A stretch of 63,796 nt of DNA, the filler included, from Atractiella rhizophila (Eukaryota), in assembly GCA_021432655.1 (NCBI GenBank). It is 3 parts of 3 records of this genome, joined end to end, with 100 filler letters (N's around TTAATTAATTAA, not from the genome) between each part and the next. Parts side by side here need not be neighbours in the genome. Positions count along the whole stretch, not along the records: positions 1 to 30,236 come from MU271712.1; 2 more parts are not named here. One strand, 5' to 3'. Each line of letters begins with the position of its first letter. The stretch's first letter is position 1. The notes under the pieces are model-generated. The model saw nothing but the letters and a program-made list of their open reading frames with translations, made no database searches and was not told the origin of the DNA. The translations under genes and the position numbers were made by a program. This document shows, piece by piece, positions 1 to 12,932 of this stretch.

Positions 1-3000
1 CTGGTGGGGGAGGTGGAGGACCATGATGCCTTCGATGAGGCGGTGGATGATGTCCCCAGAAATGGTGTGGAGGACCAAAGGGTGGGCCATGACCATAGGG
101 GAAGTCGTGGAACCTGAAATCTGGTCGTTCTCTTCGTTCAAGGTCCCATCTCTCCCTCTCTTCCCAGCCTCCGCCACGACGCCTCCTAGAAGAAGAAGCG
201 GAGTCATCATCCCGTCCCCCTTCCGTGAGTCGACGTGCGCGATCGTTAGCTTCTGCTAATGCTTCTGGTTCGACTGGAACTATTATCTTGAGCAGAATGT
301 GTGTTTGATCATGATATCCATCGGGAGACGAGATCGGAGGGCTAATGGACTCGCATTTGGCACAGAGATCGAAAGAAGGGCAAACTGCGCAATGAAACCT
401 GTCATCGTTCATCAACCAATGACTCCTTTTCGCTTCACTGATGCAAGCATAAGACATACCGAGGACCAACAATTTCAGCTAAACACCCAAAGCACATAAC
501 ATCGACATGTTTCTGCGGTCCACTGAGGGGCATGACGGGCAATTCCGACCTTCCATTCCTCTCATACACTCCTGTGGAGCTCCCGCTACCACTTCCAGAG
601 GATGAGAAACTAGCATCCGGGCTACCCCTGATCCCTCTAGCGCGCAGTATCGCTTCTCTAAACTGCTCCGACGTGACGCTCTGAGAGTCCACAGTGGAAG
701 AAGCTTCTCCAGGACCAGATGGCGAAAGCTCGACGAAACGAGGTGGTGGTGCCGGACGATCTGGTACTGCGAGGAAGGCATGTACTGGGTGAATGTCCTC
801 GATACGTCGATAACAATTAAGGCAGAGTTCAAATTTGGGACACGAAAGGCCTATCCACCTTCATTAGAGCAGAGGACAGAGAGCAGTAAAGAAAGAGAAA
901 CGCACATTTGAAACGGTTATGAAGTATGGGCCCAGTTCCACAAATGCTACACCTAACGACATCCGCATATTCCACCTCCCTCCACTCTCCCTCTTCACTC
1001 TTCATGACCTCTCCAAACACATGTCTCAGCACGCTACCCCTCCCACTTCCACTAATCACGCTTCCTTCTCCCTCATCCACCCCATTCGCCGAAGCTCCCG
1101 AACTGCTGCCAGAAGAGCTCTTCTCCTTCTCAGCGCATGCAAGCGCATGCTTCAGACCCTCGCTCTCGATACACATCGCGCACAGCTCGTATCCTCCAGT
1201 CACCAATCCTCCTTCTCCCGCTTCATCCAACGTCTCGAAATCCCTCCTCAGATCCCGAGAAGCCAACTCCGACCCATCCTCAATGTGCACAGGGATAACG
1301 TGCACGCCAGGTTGTAAAGGTCCTTGCTCCGGCACATGAACGACCTTAGGGTACTCTTCCCTGGTCGTCCCCACCTCTTCATCATCGTCCTCATCTTCGT
1401 CCTTCGGAAGAAGTGGACCACACGACGTACACACGTACCGAATCTGTTCCATATTATTCTTACAATTCGAGCATCGCAACAAATAGTTCGGTAAACTCGA
1501 CAGATGAGATTTGGACAGCAACGATCTCCTCTCCAGCCTGTCCGTGGCAGACGAAGGTTCCTCCGTGACCGCTATCTCGACCTCAAACTCTTCTTCAGGG
1601 GCAGACTGAGGCCCCAAAGGAAGAGAGTTCTGTCTCGACGAAATGGTGCTACCATTGTCAGCGGTGAGAGCAGGGGTCCTTCCCGTTCCCGTCGAATGGG
1701 TGATAGAATAATCGAACGATATCGGGCTGACGCTTCGTTTTCCCTTTCCCTGTCCCACCCCATTCGCAGCCATCCCCAACCCGCCTATAGCTGCATTTCC
1801 ATTATTCGGGTTCACCAGCGCATTCTGTCCGGGACTAGTAGCAGCCGTCCCCGTTCCACTCCCACTACCTCCACTGCCACTCCTCCCACCCCCACTTCCC
1901 CCACTCGCCCTGCTCCCTCCTGAACTGCTCCCGCTACCACTTCCGCTGCCTTTCCTGATGTTGTCGGGTCGCAATATAGACAGCATGGCGTTGAGGTTCG
2001 GATCTTGGGATGGGGAAGGGGGGTGGTGGTAGCTTCCCGAGGCTTTGGAATGCGGATGAGGATGTCTGGGGCCCGGTCCGTGTCGATGAGGAGGTTGAGG
2101 GTACGGTTGGGGCTGGGAGTAGTTCCACTGATTCATGGGTGGGGGCGGAGGAGCATAGGGATTCGAATGGGCATGAGGTGGAGGTGGGGGAGGAGGACGG
2201 GCGTGGGGGTATGAAGGACCAGGAGGGGAGGGATAGAAGGATGGATAGCTGGCGGATGGGTGTGGATAGCCAGGACGAGGGGGTGGTTTGTGCATGTCTC
2301 GGTCTCTCCATTGATTGTCAGGATGTGGAGGAGGAAAGCTATTGTGATGATACCTCTCCCTAGACCGTGAACGAGAGCGATGTCGACCCTTCCCATGTCT
2401 CCGACCACCACCAGGACCGCCGCCATGACCACCATGACGCGGTCCTCTCCAATCCGACATCTCCGAGCGCTCATCCATCTCTCTTCCTCTCGACGACGCT
2501 CCTCCCATGACCGATCCGGACCTGGACGTTCCAGCCCCACCTCCAAAGGACATGGAGAAAGCGTCCCCATCTCCGCTCTCGGACATCCAACTCTGACTCT
2601 GACTCTCGCTCCATCCGCTCGCGCTCTCCCTCCCACTCGTTCCATTCACCAAGCTCCCTCCCTCGCTCAAAGACGGTCCATCGTATTCCACTCCGACCGT
2701 GACTCGCATCGTCACTTTCTTCCCCCCGCCTCCTGCTCCTGAAGTCGACGAGGAATAGACGGACGCGCCATCGTCTTCGTCCGTCGGACTGAAGTAGAGG
2801 ATGGCTTCGATGAGGTCGGAGAGTGAGTCGATCACGTTCACGTCGCCATCGTCGTCTTGGTAGGTGATCTGGTGATTCGTGGACGTCGGTGGGAGGGAAA
2901 ACGACTGGGCGATCTGTTTCGATCCATCAGCGTCCACTCTAAGATGAATATACGAATCGTGATATCTGCAGCATCGACTAGAGGTCTTCTCCGCCCTGAC

Positions 3001-3633
3001 AAGTATTTTTCATTTTTCATGATGAAAATGAAATATTGCAGAAATCGATCTTAATTCATGTCGTAGCATCCTGCATAGATTGAAACAGAACGATAATGGA
3101 GGTCGCCTCCACGCGAAGCAGGGCAGAACAGCAGACAGATGCGTCATGCATAGATCCTTCCCTGCCATCTCAACCTCCCCCAACAGACTAAGTATTATAG
3201 TAGAACGTCGCCGAAAAGAAAACAATCTGAAAACCATGAATCTTTCATCTTTCTCCTCAAAGTGAAACCATGAATCTTTCATCTTTCTCCTCAAAGTGAA
3301 ACGATGACTCGCTTCTTTCCACTGTCTTCGGACGTGAGGACGCTCAAGGACGGGGAGACCCTCTCGGCTGGTCTCCGAGGAATCAGCACTCTCTTCCCAT
3401 CTCTTCACCTCTCTCCCCCTCTCATTCATTGTACATCATACATCATTCAGAGTCTTACTATAAGATAGACCCAAAGCCCTCGACAGTAGATAGCAAGAAA
3501 GGAGACCACGCACTTTACTCTTGAACAGCCCGATGTCGACCCCTCTACAACTTGGAAACGTGATCCTCCTCGCAGTCGGCAGACGCTCGAAAGAGGCCTT
3601 GATGATCAGAGGACAGTGCGGGAGGGAATCCAT
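1..3633 (-). CDS. PB1-domain and multiple ZZ-type zinc-finger protein (Nbr1/p62-like), 3' end runs off the window
   Basis: Exon 1 MDSLPHCPLIIKASFERLPTARRITF...KSK is spliced (intron 2914-3513, GTGCGT..CAG) to IAQSFSL..ITYQDDDGDVNVIDSLSDL (PB1 OPCA motif). Later Cys clusters CSNC..RYVCTSC..YELCAMC, CSICGTGPILHNRFKC/CPKFELCLNCY..H.H and CFGC..IVGPR/FHCAVCPSFDLCAKC are ZZ fingers. Confidence 0.75.
3231..3298. repeat. Perfect 34-bp tandem duplication within the long intron
   Basis: AAACCATGAATCTTTCATCTTTCTCCTCAAAGTG occurs twice (3231-3264, 3265-3298). Confidence 0.9.
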
Positions 3634-3998
3634 CCCTCGTCTGTCCTCCACCGGGGATACGTATCTCTAGAGCAGATCACCAATATGCGAGCGGTTTTTC
3701 GTGTGTTCTGCAGATGCAGACGAGATGAGATGGGAATGGGAGATGGGAGATGGAGATGGATAGTAGTTATCCAGGTGGAGTAAATACGAGGTCGCTGTTG
3801 CTGCTGACTGCAGCGTTGAAGCGCCGGCGGAAGAGAGAGGCCTTCCCACCATCCATCACATCCGTCCGGCCTACTCCCGCCCCACATCATCGGCAACACC
3901 CGGGCCATCCCAACCCGCGCTTCGATCATTTATAATCTCACTCACTCCATCCATCCATCCATCCTTCCACTCCATCTTCCACTCAGATCAGGCACGCC

Positions 3999-6842
3999 AT
4001 GTCCGCCGTCCCACTCACGTCCCGGCTCCTCGTCTCCCTCCATGGCGCCCGCATACTCGACGACCCCCATCTCACCACCTCAGCCGGCGGACAGGAAGGC
4101 ATAGAGGAGCGTGGCGGAAGTGCTGGTGGAGGGGAGAAGGGAGAGCCGAGCGAGATCTACTTGCCTGCTTTCAGGGAGTGGATATCCCATGTCGCCGTCG
4201 ATGTAAGTCTCTGCTCTCACAGTTCCAATACCAGCAGGGATGGTTGCGCTCTCTTTTCGTTCTTCTTCTACTCCTAGTTGAATAGTCAGTACCTTGGATA
4301 CTTGAATCGGTCGAGTGTGGCCACCTTTCCCCTGCTCCTTTAGTAGTCGACTTTTGTGTGAACGATCAAGCGCCTTGGACAGAAATAAGCATCCTGCGGC
4401 GAAGCGCGTTAGCTGTGCCATAAAGCAGAGCAGTCCTCTGGCAGCAACAGCTCGTGATCCTCGCTACGGCTTTCTTCCTTATCTCGAACGATGATCAGAG
4501 CGCAGCGGGAGGAAAGCGCCGATTTTTTATATGAAGGGAGAGTGTCAGGAACTACTTTTTGCCTTGTTCAACATCGTCATTGTCATTGTTATGCACCTGT
4601 TGGTTTTGCATCTGCCCCAAAACATCTATATTCTTGTAATGCTTATTGTAAGCGAGCTGTAATGTCGAAAAAAGGGTCGTAACATGGATTACAATTCTTG
4701 ATCCTTCTGTTCTTTACACACCTCTACGTGTCTAGCTGTTCAGTCCTTGGTTGGGAGAGTCACCTTCGACGACGCAGGACGGACGTCTCCATGACCCATC
4801 CACTGCATATTGGAATTGTGCTGAGGTAACGTGCCTGTTCATGGCGTAACTGTCGAAAGAGTGAACTGATAAGAAGCACTCTTTCTTTCTCTCAAACATC
4901 GCGTCATCCGACATCAACATGAACATCAACATCATGTGAAGTGGAAAGAAACCACGAGACATTGTTTCAGTGGTAAGCACCCTGATAACAGGCAGATGTT
5001 GGAGTGATATATTGAGCTTGTCCCTTCATTCCGTTCTCAGACTTTGAATCCGCTCAACTGAAACGGATCATCCTGTAGACCTATTTCTTTGAGGACACGA
5101 TGAGGATTGGTCCTTTTCCTTCATTTCGTCATGTTGGAAAGGTATAGTGCTGACCACGCCACTAGATTGGTGGCAGTTTGGCGAAAGTGGTATACTTCAC
5201 ACGGACCCCGAACCCATCTTCCTCCTCCTCTCCAAACGACTCCTCAATCCCACCTCTCTACTCAGCCTTTCCCCAGCAATCAGTCTCCGATAACAAAGAC
5301 GAGGATGACGATTCATCCTCTGATGTCTCAGCCCAAGACCTCACATCTGCAGATTTCGACCCCTCTTCCCACTCTCGAGACTCCTCCTCATCCCGTCAGC
5401 GTCGGCGCAGCGCGCGTCCTCCACCCTCACCGCGTATCAACGGTGTTCTAGGGCCTGAAAGCGTGAAGTCTACGCCGTCGACGAGCAGGAGCAACAGCGT
5501 GTCGTATGCGGGCCTCAGCCCAGTCGAGGCAAAGGAGGCGCGGGAGGAGATGTTCGGACCTCCAGCGGCTCAGGCACGGACCACTGCTGCGGGACGGAGA
5601 GGATCTCTTTCGATGTCCTCGATCCCAGGTGGGAGGCTGAACTTTGTCAAGTTCGAAACGACAGACCTTTCCTCCCTCACGAATTTCATCAGTACCCTCC
5701 TCTCCCTCTCTGCTGCTTGTCACCATGTCCCCCTCTCGACGTTTAAGAAGAGCGTGAAGATATTGGCGACTGGAGGAGGGGCTCATATGTATGGTGACCT
5801 CTTGAAAGAGGAGTTGGGTCTGGAAGTGGGAAGGTATGCGGAGATGGAATGTCTCATCGAAGGATTGGCGTTCGTGATGCAGGTCGAAGGCGAGGTGTTC
5901 TGGTATTCAGACGAGCTTGTGCGGGATCTAACGCATAATCCTGCACACCCTTCCTCCTCGAAATCCCCTCCAATCTCGCCGACAACAGCAAACTCGTCGA
6001 GATCACAGCAGCCTTTACCGATGGAACGACCCTCTCCTGATCCTCCGAGATATTCTATCCTCTTTGACCCGGATCCTAAACCTCAGTTCCCGTGTCTTCT
6101 CGTCAATATTGGGAGTGGTGTTTCGATATTGAGAGTCGACGATTATGATAAATTTGAACGTGTTTCTGGAACGAGTTTGGGGGGCGGAACACTGTGGGGA
6201 TTGCTGAGCCTTTTGACTGGCGCCGGCAGTTTTGATGGTCAGCTGTCCCTCTTAAATACCGTAGGGTAGAGGAGGTTTAAAGTTTCTAATGATGCAGAAA
6301 TGTTGGCTCTCTCAGAGAGGGGAGACAATTCGACAGTGGACATGCTCGTTGGAGATATCTATGGCTCGAACCAAGATTTAGCGAAGATGGGCTTGAAGTC
6401 TTCCACGATCGCCTCCTCTTTCGGAAAGGTGTTTAAGAAGGGGCAAAGAAAGAGAGAATGGAAACCGGAGGACATCTCGAAGAGTCTCCTTTATGCCATC
6501 TCGAACAATATCGGCCAGATTGCGTATGCCTTAGCATCTTTGCTTGTCATCAACGAGCTGATGATTGAATCCTCGAATAGGTATATGAATGCGGAGGCAC
6601 AGAATGTGGACAAAATCTTTTTCAGCGGCTGCTTCATTCGAGGTTAGTGCTTCTCTCTAGGCCCCCCCAATCGATTTGCTAAAGGACTTGGGACAGGACA
6701 CGCCGCAACAATGGCCACACTCTCCTATGCCATCCGATTCTGGTCGAAAGGGACGAAGCGAGCCTTATTCCTGAGACATGAGGGATATTTAGGAGCTTTG
6801 GGGGCGTGGATGAAGAATATGGAGAAGGAGCTAACGACGTAA
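3999..6842 (+). CDS. CAB1: Type II pantothenate kinase (fumble family)
   Basis: [96 protein letters not shown]; stop TAA at 6840-6842. Confidence 0.95.
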
Positions 6843-7333
6843 CTTTTGCCGCTGTGCAGCCGCGAAGGATGGTCCCTTCCTAACACTATGCGTATACCCC
6901 AGCCAAAAGTACGGGAGGGACCTCATCTTAGCCAATGTTGATTTATGTGGAAGTGAACGAGATGTTAGATCGCATTGTACTTGTTAGAATGTAGAGTATT
7001 TTGCTATCGTTTATACATCTTGTAACGAAAAGGTATTAGAAAGCCTTCACCACCTAATGTTTAGCCAGTACCGAGAAAGTTGACAACATTGCACAAGTCT
7101 TTGAAAACAAATAGTAATGGAGAGTCAATGAATCGTTCCGACCCATTCCTGCACTTCTGCGTGCTGTACTACTTTTCTTATGGGGTAGTGGAGCAGCTAC
7201 AATCTAAAGAAAGGTGAGCAAGCTTCCAACTCAAAAACGAGCAACTGACGGAGGTGTACCATCGCGTCAATGACGCGAGGCAAATATTGTATGTGAGATA
7301 TCTTGATGTTGTTTCCTGCGGTCGTAGGAGAGA

Positions 7334-7697
7334 TTACAGCAGCCTCAGAATGGGTCTGTCATCTGCATTAATTGGTGATCAGTAATAGCTTAGAAGGATG
7401 TTAGAAGAACATACGGAAGTGTCCAACTGGAAGTGGGCCAGGACGAGGAGGATTGAGTTTTGGCCGGACAACCTTTGGCTTCTTCTCGTTCTTTGGTTTT
7501 TTGCCCTTCCCGAACAAGCTCCATTTCTTCTCTTTCACTTCGGCTTCCTTCTCCAACTTCGCTGCAGAGGAGTTTAACGCTTCTTCGAAGGTGGCAGGTG
7601 CATCTTTGTAATCGATGGACTGGCCACGGCTCTCCTCGAAAGAGGACATAGCGGAAGGGACGGAGGTGAAATTGACGCTGTGAACCGTTGCAGACAT
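7334..7697 (-). CDS. Orphan small protein, paralog 1 (103 aa, Lys-rich middle, Pro-rich C-terminus)
   Basis: Exons 7697-7415 and 7362-7334 (GTATGT..CAG intron) give ...PPRPGPLPVGHFHDRPILRLL*; homologous to the genes at 23051 and 24711. Confidence 0.85.
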
Positions 7698-8608
7698 TTT
7701 AACGCGTGATTGAGGTTTGAGATCGATTTCTTGCTTTGCTGAGCTCTGTTTCTTGCTTTGCTTGATGGAAAAAGGAGGAGAAATGGACCACCTTTTAAAG
7801 AGAGAAACACGGTCAGGGAACGGTGTTGTGAAGAGTCACAGTTTTGACTGCGCGCAGTATCATGTTGTGGGTGTTTGCAAACTGCATTGATGTGTCCAAT
7901 ACGTCAACGCATACCTTTTCCTGTTCTACAACTTCAAATTCCGGGCTTCCATCATCTCCTTGAACTGCTGTAACATGGTCTGGATGCTGCGATTCCGTTG
8001 TCAAACGGCGCTGCCCATGCCAAAGTTTCCAGAACCGTTGAGAATTTACGATTTTCCTGTCACAATCTCTACGTCCGTTCTCTTCTGTTCTTCTTTGAAC
8101 CAATCATTGGAAACGGCGGAAGGATACTCTCCGAGTCAGCATGGACGGAGTGGACGAGTGGTCTGTCAGATCATCGATCAGCGCCAGCTTTGAGACGTTA
8201 ACAACACTGCAAAATGCTCAAACACATGAAATTCTGCCTTCCTCTATGCTGCCTAAATTCGATCGCAGTTATCCTGAGACGGTCAAATGATTGCTGAGCG
8301 CCAGTTCGACGTCAGCCAGCGAAATAACGCGGCGTAGAATTATATAACCATGTAGGAAAGCGTAAAGTAAGATGATCAAGGAGAAAATAGAAGCAACGTG
8401 TAAAGGATCAGAACAGTTATCTCGCAATAGCTAGACTCGACCATGGCTTCCACTTCACAGAGTTGTGCTGTTTAACCCCATAATCAGCGGAATGAGACTT
8501 CAGTGCGTGAGCTTGAATTCTTGAGGTTCAAGTTGTTAGCTGACACTGACTCAAGCTCAGGATCCAACGTCTCATGGACAGGACGCCATCATCCTCCTAG
8601 GATAATAA

Positions 8609-9162
8609 TACTATATGTTATCAGGATCCTTAATACACTTGATCGAAATTTGATGGGATCCTTAACACGGCACAATTGTGAACCCACAATACATGGGAAT
8701 ATTCTTTAAACGCCCGGAATACCTCCCAAAACCTCTTATTTACTACAGTATGCGATTTGAGGCCAATATCATGTCTGTTGACTGAAGTATACAAACATGA
8801 ATATTGGGTGTGCTCATCCCAGAAACGTGACTCATAATTATTAAAATCGCCTTTTTGCAGTGAGCTTGAGTAGAACTGATTTCGAGAATTAATTTTCTCA
8901 CTATGCTGCTTAAATTACGTCAAAAAACATCTAGTGATCATTCATACTTTCTTCAGGAAACATGATTGAAATAACAATGATTTTTTGCCAATCACTCAAA
9001 GAGATTCCAACCAATTTTATGGCGGTTTAGAGTCAAAAATATGCGCGCTTATAAGTATATTTTGAATCTGAAGTTTAAAGGTATTGTATTAGATTTGATG
9101 GACTTTATTATATGGTGTTAAGGATCCCGATGTGATAGGGTTCCTGATAACACATGGTAGTG
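8609..9162. mobile_element. Degenerate non-autonomous inverted-repeat element (CACTA-like MITE or solo-LTR relic)
   Basis: AT-rich, no credible ORF. TGTTATCAGGA (8616-8626) is inverted to TCCTGATAACA (9142-9152), subterminal GGGATCCTTAACAC is inverted at both ends, and the outer ends read TACTA...TAGTG. No TSD seen. Confidence 0.55.
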
Positions 9163-10220
9163 CAGTGAAACGCTCTGTACGCGTCTGAGTCCCGTTTTCT
9201 CGACAAACCGACAGCCAACATAGGATCTCATTTCCGGACCCATGCATTCTAAAGCGGGTGATCCAGGTCATCCATGAGGTGATATTAAGTGAAATATCAA
9301 AATAGTGCTACGAAGTCATGGTGGGAAGAATATATCATGTTTGCGTCTAGAGTCTGAACGATCTGAAAATCGAGTTGAATCAGAAAGTCTCACGAGAAAT
9401 GATGTTTAGATAGGCATTTGGACAGAGGGCAAAGGCGGGCAAGAGGCGTTGAGCGATTGAGCGATAGTTTGGAAGAGTGCGCCTTGAAGAATGTAGGCCT
9501 GGACAGAAAGTTCCGCTGGATGGAAGGAACTCGGATATGGCCAGATTTCTGACTTCATCAGAGCCCATGATTGGTCAGCTCTCTCAAGGAGGCCTTTCCG
9601 CCTGCATGAACACCACTATTCATGCTAGAGTTAGGGAATGAGAGTATGCTGGTTTTCGCTTGTCGAAATGGATGGTCTAGCTGAAAAGATTAACTTGTTA
9701 GATCCTTTGCGGAAGAAGGAGAAGACGTATAGCAAGAGTATTGTACTGTACAAATCATGACATCGGGTCCAGACCAAGTAACCCTGTTGGTGTACGGCCT
9801 GTTGCTTTGGTACCAGCAAGGGTGTTCCTGTTTTCACTTCGGGAAGTATGGAAGACGTCGTTGTACATTGATTCCCTGCACAGAACGCGAGTATTAGATA
9901 TTGTATCGTGTAGTAGTTAAAGGCCGAAGGACTCTAACAAAAACAGGGATTCGCCTCTGAGCTCTTTCACGCGCCCTAACCCTACATTGCCAAGCTTCGA
10001 CTCTTTCAATAATTGCAGAAATGTAAGCCAACAGCCGATCCCTCACAATGGCGCGAGAATGGTGCAATATAAGGCAGCTTTCTTTGCTCCCTGAAGGCCG
10101 TCTCCCGGCGTCGAATGAATGAGCCTGCGCATGAGCAAGGTGGTGGCTTAGGAAGCGCCTTATCAAAAGCAGAAGCAACGTCGTATTATCACTTTTGCGC
10201 CTCAACAAAGCAGAGCAACA

Positions 10221-12394
10221 ATGTGGGTCCAAAGTAACTACAACGAGCCACCAGGAGACGTGTTCAGATTCAAACGTCCAATTAAACGAGTGGCAGTGAT
10301 CGGTCTGTTACTCTAGAGGTGGACCCAAGCCACTGACTTCCCTTCAGGAGCAGGAGCCTTAGGACTCCAATGCGCAGCCGTCCTCACTCGCCACAAGTTC
10401 ACTGTCCGCCTGTTTGAACGAGCTACACATCCCGGGGGGATATGGAACTACCAGCCTGATGTCCATGGAACGAGGGAGGTGATACCGCAGAAACCGATTC
10501 GGGTTCGAGGATACGAGCCAGACGTTCCAAAGATTCTTCCCTACGAAAGAACTTGGACAGAAGAGGAGGATGGAGCTGAGTTTCTGAAGGCAAAATGGGG
10601 AGAACATGTAAGCTCGAGCTCGTTATTCCTCCATATCCGCAAGAAGCTGAAGACATGATAGGTTTTACCTTCTCCTGTTTATGATCACCTGGAATCTACA
10701 AGTCCAGCGGTACGCGTTCCCCTGCTAGAATAAGATTGTAACTGAACAATGAGATAGCCAGTGATGCATCTACCTGAGCTGGAGCATCCTGCGGACGCCG
10801 TATGTCCATTTCTTCTCTCGGCAAAAAGCATAGCTGACGAGACGCAGCCGTGGATGCTGCCCCATCACGCGTTACAGCGGCATTGTCGAGCATATGCCTC
10901 GATCCATGGCATCAACAGCAACGATTCATCCTCATCCTCTTCGTTGACTAGCACGTCCTACGGTACCCGCGTAGAACTAGCAACGAGAGAGAATGATGGA
11001 TGGAAGCTTGTGCTCCGCAAGCTCACATGGTCCGATGATGGACAGTCGCTCAAGGCCAAATACTGGAAAGAGGATTTTGACGCTGTTCTTGTCTGTTGTG
11101 GATCCTATGAGGTCCCGCACCTTCCAACCATTGAAGGTCTGAAGCCGTGGTGGAACATTCGGGAGGCGAATGGAGAGCACCCAGTGTTGCATGCGAGGGA
11201 TTATCGCACCCCTAGCATCTTTAAAGACAAGGTGGGAGGGAACCATTCCTTTGTCGCTCGGTGGATTGAAACTGACAACGACCACGCTGGAAGAATGTCT
11301 TGATTGTTGGTGGCGCAGTGTCAGGTACCGAAATCTCACGCGCTCTCAGTGGTGTCGCAACTAGCGTGCACATCAGCATGCGGGTGCGTCTCCTGATCCA
11401 AGTCTCTCCCTTCCCCGGCTGATCTGCCTCAACATTCAAAGGAGAAACACGATCCTGTCTCTCTAGCTCTCAGACGCAGAATACCCGACTCCGTTCATAA
11501 ACATAAAGAGATCCTGCGCTTTGAGTCGCTCCGTTCTTCCTCCACAACTATCAGCAATGGGGTCATCACTTTCATTGATGGGAATACACTGGAAGGCATT
11601 GATGTGATCATTTTTGCAACCGGATATCGACGGTCACTCCCTTTCTTGAGGGACTATCACGGACGGTTTGTGTTCCTTGTCTCTGTCTTCATCTTCATGC
11701 TTCATGTCATTCGAATAGAATTGGCTGAAGAAAGTGGGCATAGTGCGCCAAAGGACATAATCGACGATGGCACGACTTTCCAAAACATTCATTGGACAGG
11801 ACATTACATTTACGACCCAACTCTGGGATTCACCTTTCAAAGTGCCTGGGCCCACGGCCTGTATCAAGCTGAAGGGTATGCGAAAGTGTGGGAAGAAACA
11901 GCGTTCCTTCCTAGCCAAGCTAAGATGGTCGAAGGATACCTTGGTCCGAGGGGTACGCCAAATGGTGTTCTGGCGGGATTTGCAGGGCAGCCTGGACATG
12001 AAGGTTTGTTTTCATGTAACTCTGAGAGGGGAGGGACACATCCTTGACGACACTTCTTTAGAATTGATCCGCCTCTATGTCGGTTGGCTGAATGAGCAAA
12101 GCCTTCGTTATGGAGGACGATTACTCTCCCCGCCTCCTCTCCAGTAAGCCTGCCTAGACTCCTTGTTCTCTGTTACAGAAAATCTTCAAGAGAACCGTAC
12201 TGACTCAGAGTAGGGAACGAGAGATCATCGTCCACTTCATGAATAAGAAACTAGCAGGAGTAAGAACCACGTCATTCTAGTTAATCCTACTGATGTTGTC
12301 ATAGATACCGTTGGAGATTTTGGATTTTGAGGGACAAGAGGAAAGACCAAGTAGAATTTATGATTTGTATGATCAGTTTCATGAGAGGTGGTAG
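10221..12394 (+). CDS. Class B flavin-containing monooxygenase (FMO)
   Basis: RVAVIG|AGALG FAD Rossmann motif, FERATHPGGIW, FDAVLVCCGSYEVP, FMO fingerprint-like VLHARDYRTP, NVLIVGGAVSG, IIFATGY. Multi-intron gene; start approximate. Confidence 0.9.
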
Positions 12395-12932
12395 GTTACG
12401 CGACCTAGTTCGCGATTTTGAGCATTTCTAGCAAAGATGATTTTTAGTGTAGAAAGAGCATAGACAGGTCCTTCTATTTCCTGGAACGGCTACCTGTCGT
12501 GAATTTTTTCGCCTAATGCTATTCTGCCTTCAAGTCACAACAGAAGTGATAAAATACTAAATGCTTGCTTCAACTGGTGCCATTCTCTCCACATTCACAT
12601 CTACCACTCCCAGCTGAAAGATGATGCAATTGATTGATTTTTGTTGATTTAGGTTCCGATAATTGAACAGGAACGGATCCGTTCGATCGTCCCTTGATTC
12701 TCCAAACGACCGCTGCTGTGATCATTTTCACTACGTTACTGCAAAGGAGCTAGTGCTCAACGCAGAAAGGTCACCTGCATAAAGGTGGAGCAAGTGGTGG
12801 GTTACCGTGGAAGACAATGAAGATGAGGTGGCGCTGATTTTCGCGGTCAACAGGGTCACGAGGATTGGGCATTCCTACTCAGTGGAATCAAGGGAGTCGA
12901 GGCCGGCAGACCTGGAGCGCTGTAGGACGAAC

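Noticed and set aside
919..2742. Many overlapping 60-170-aa ORFs
   Set aside because: Alternative-frame or antisense ORFs of the GC-rich PB1-ZZ exon.
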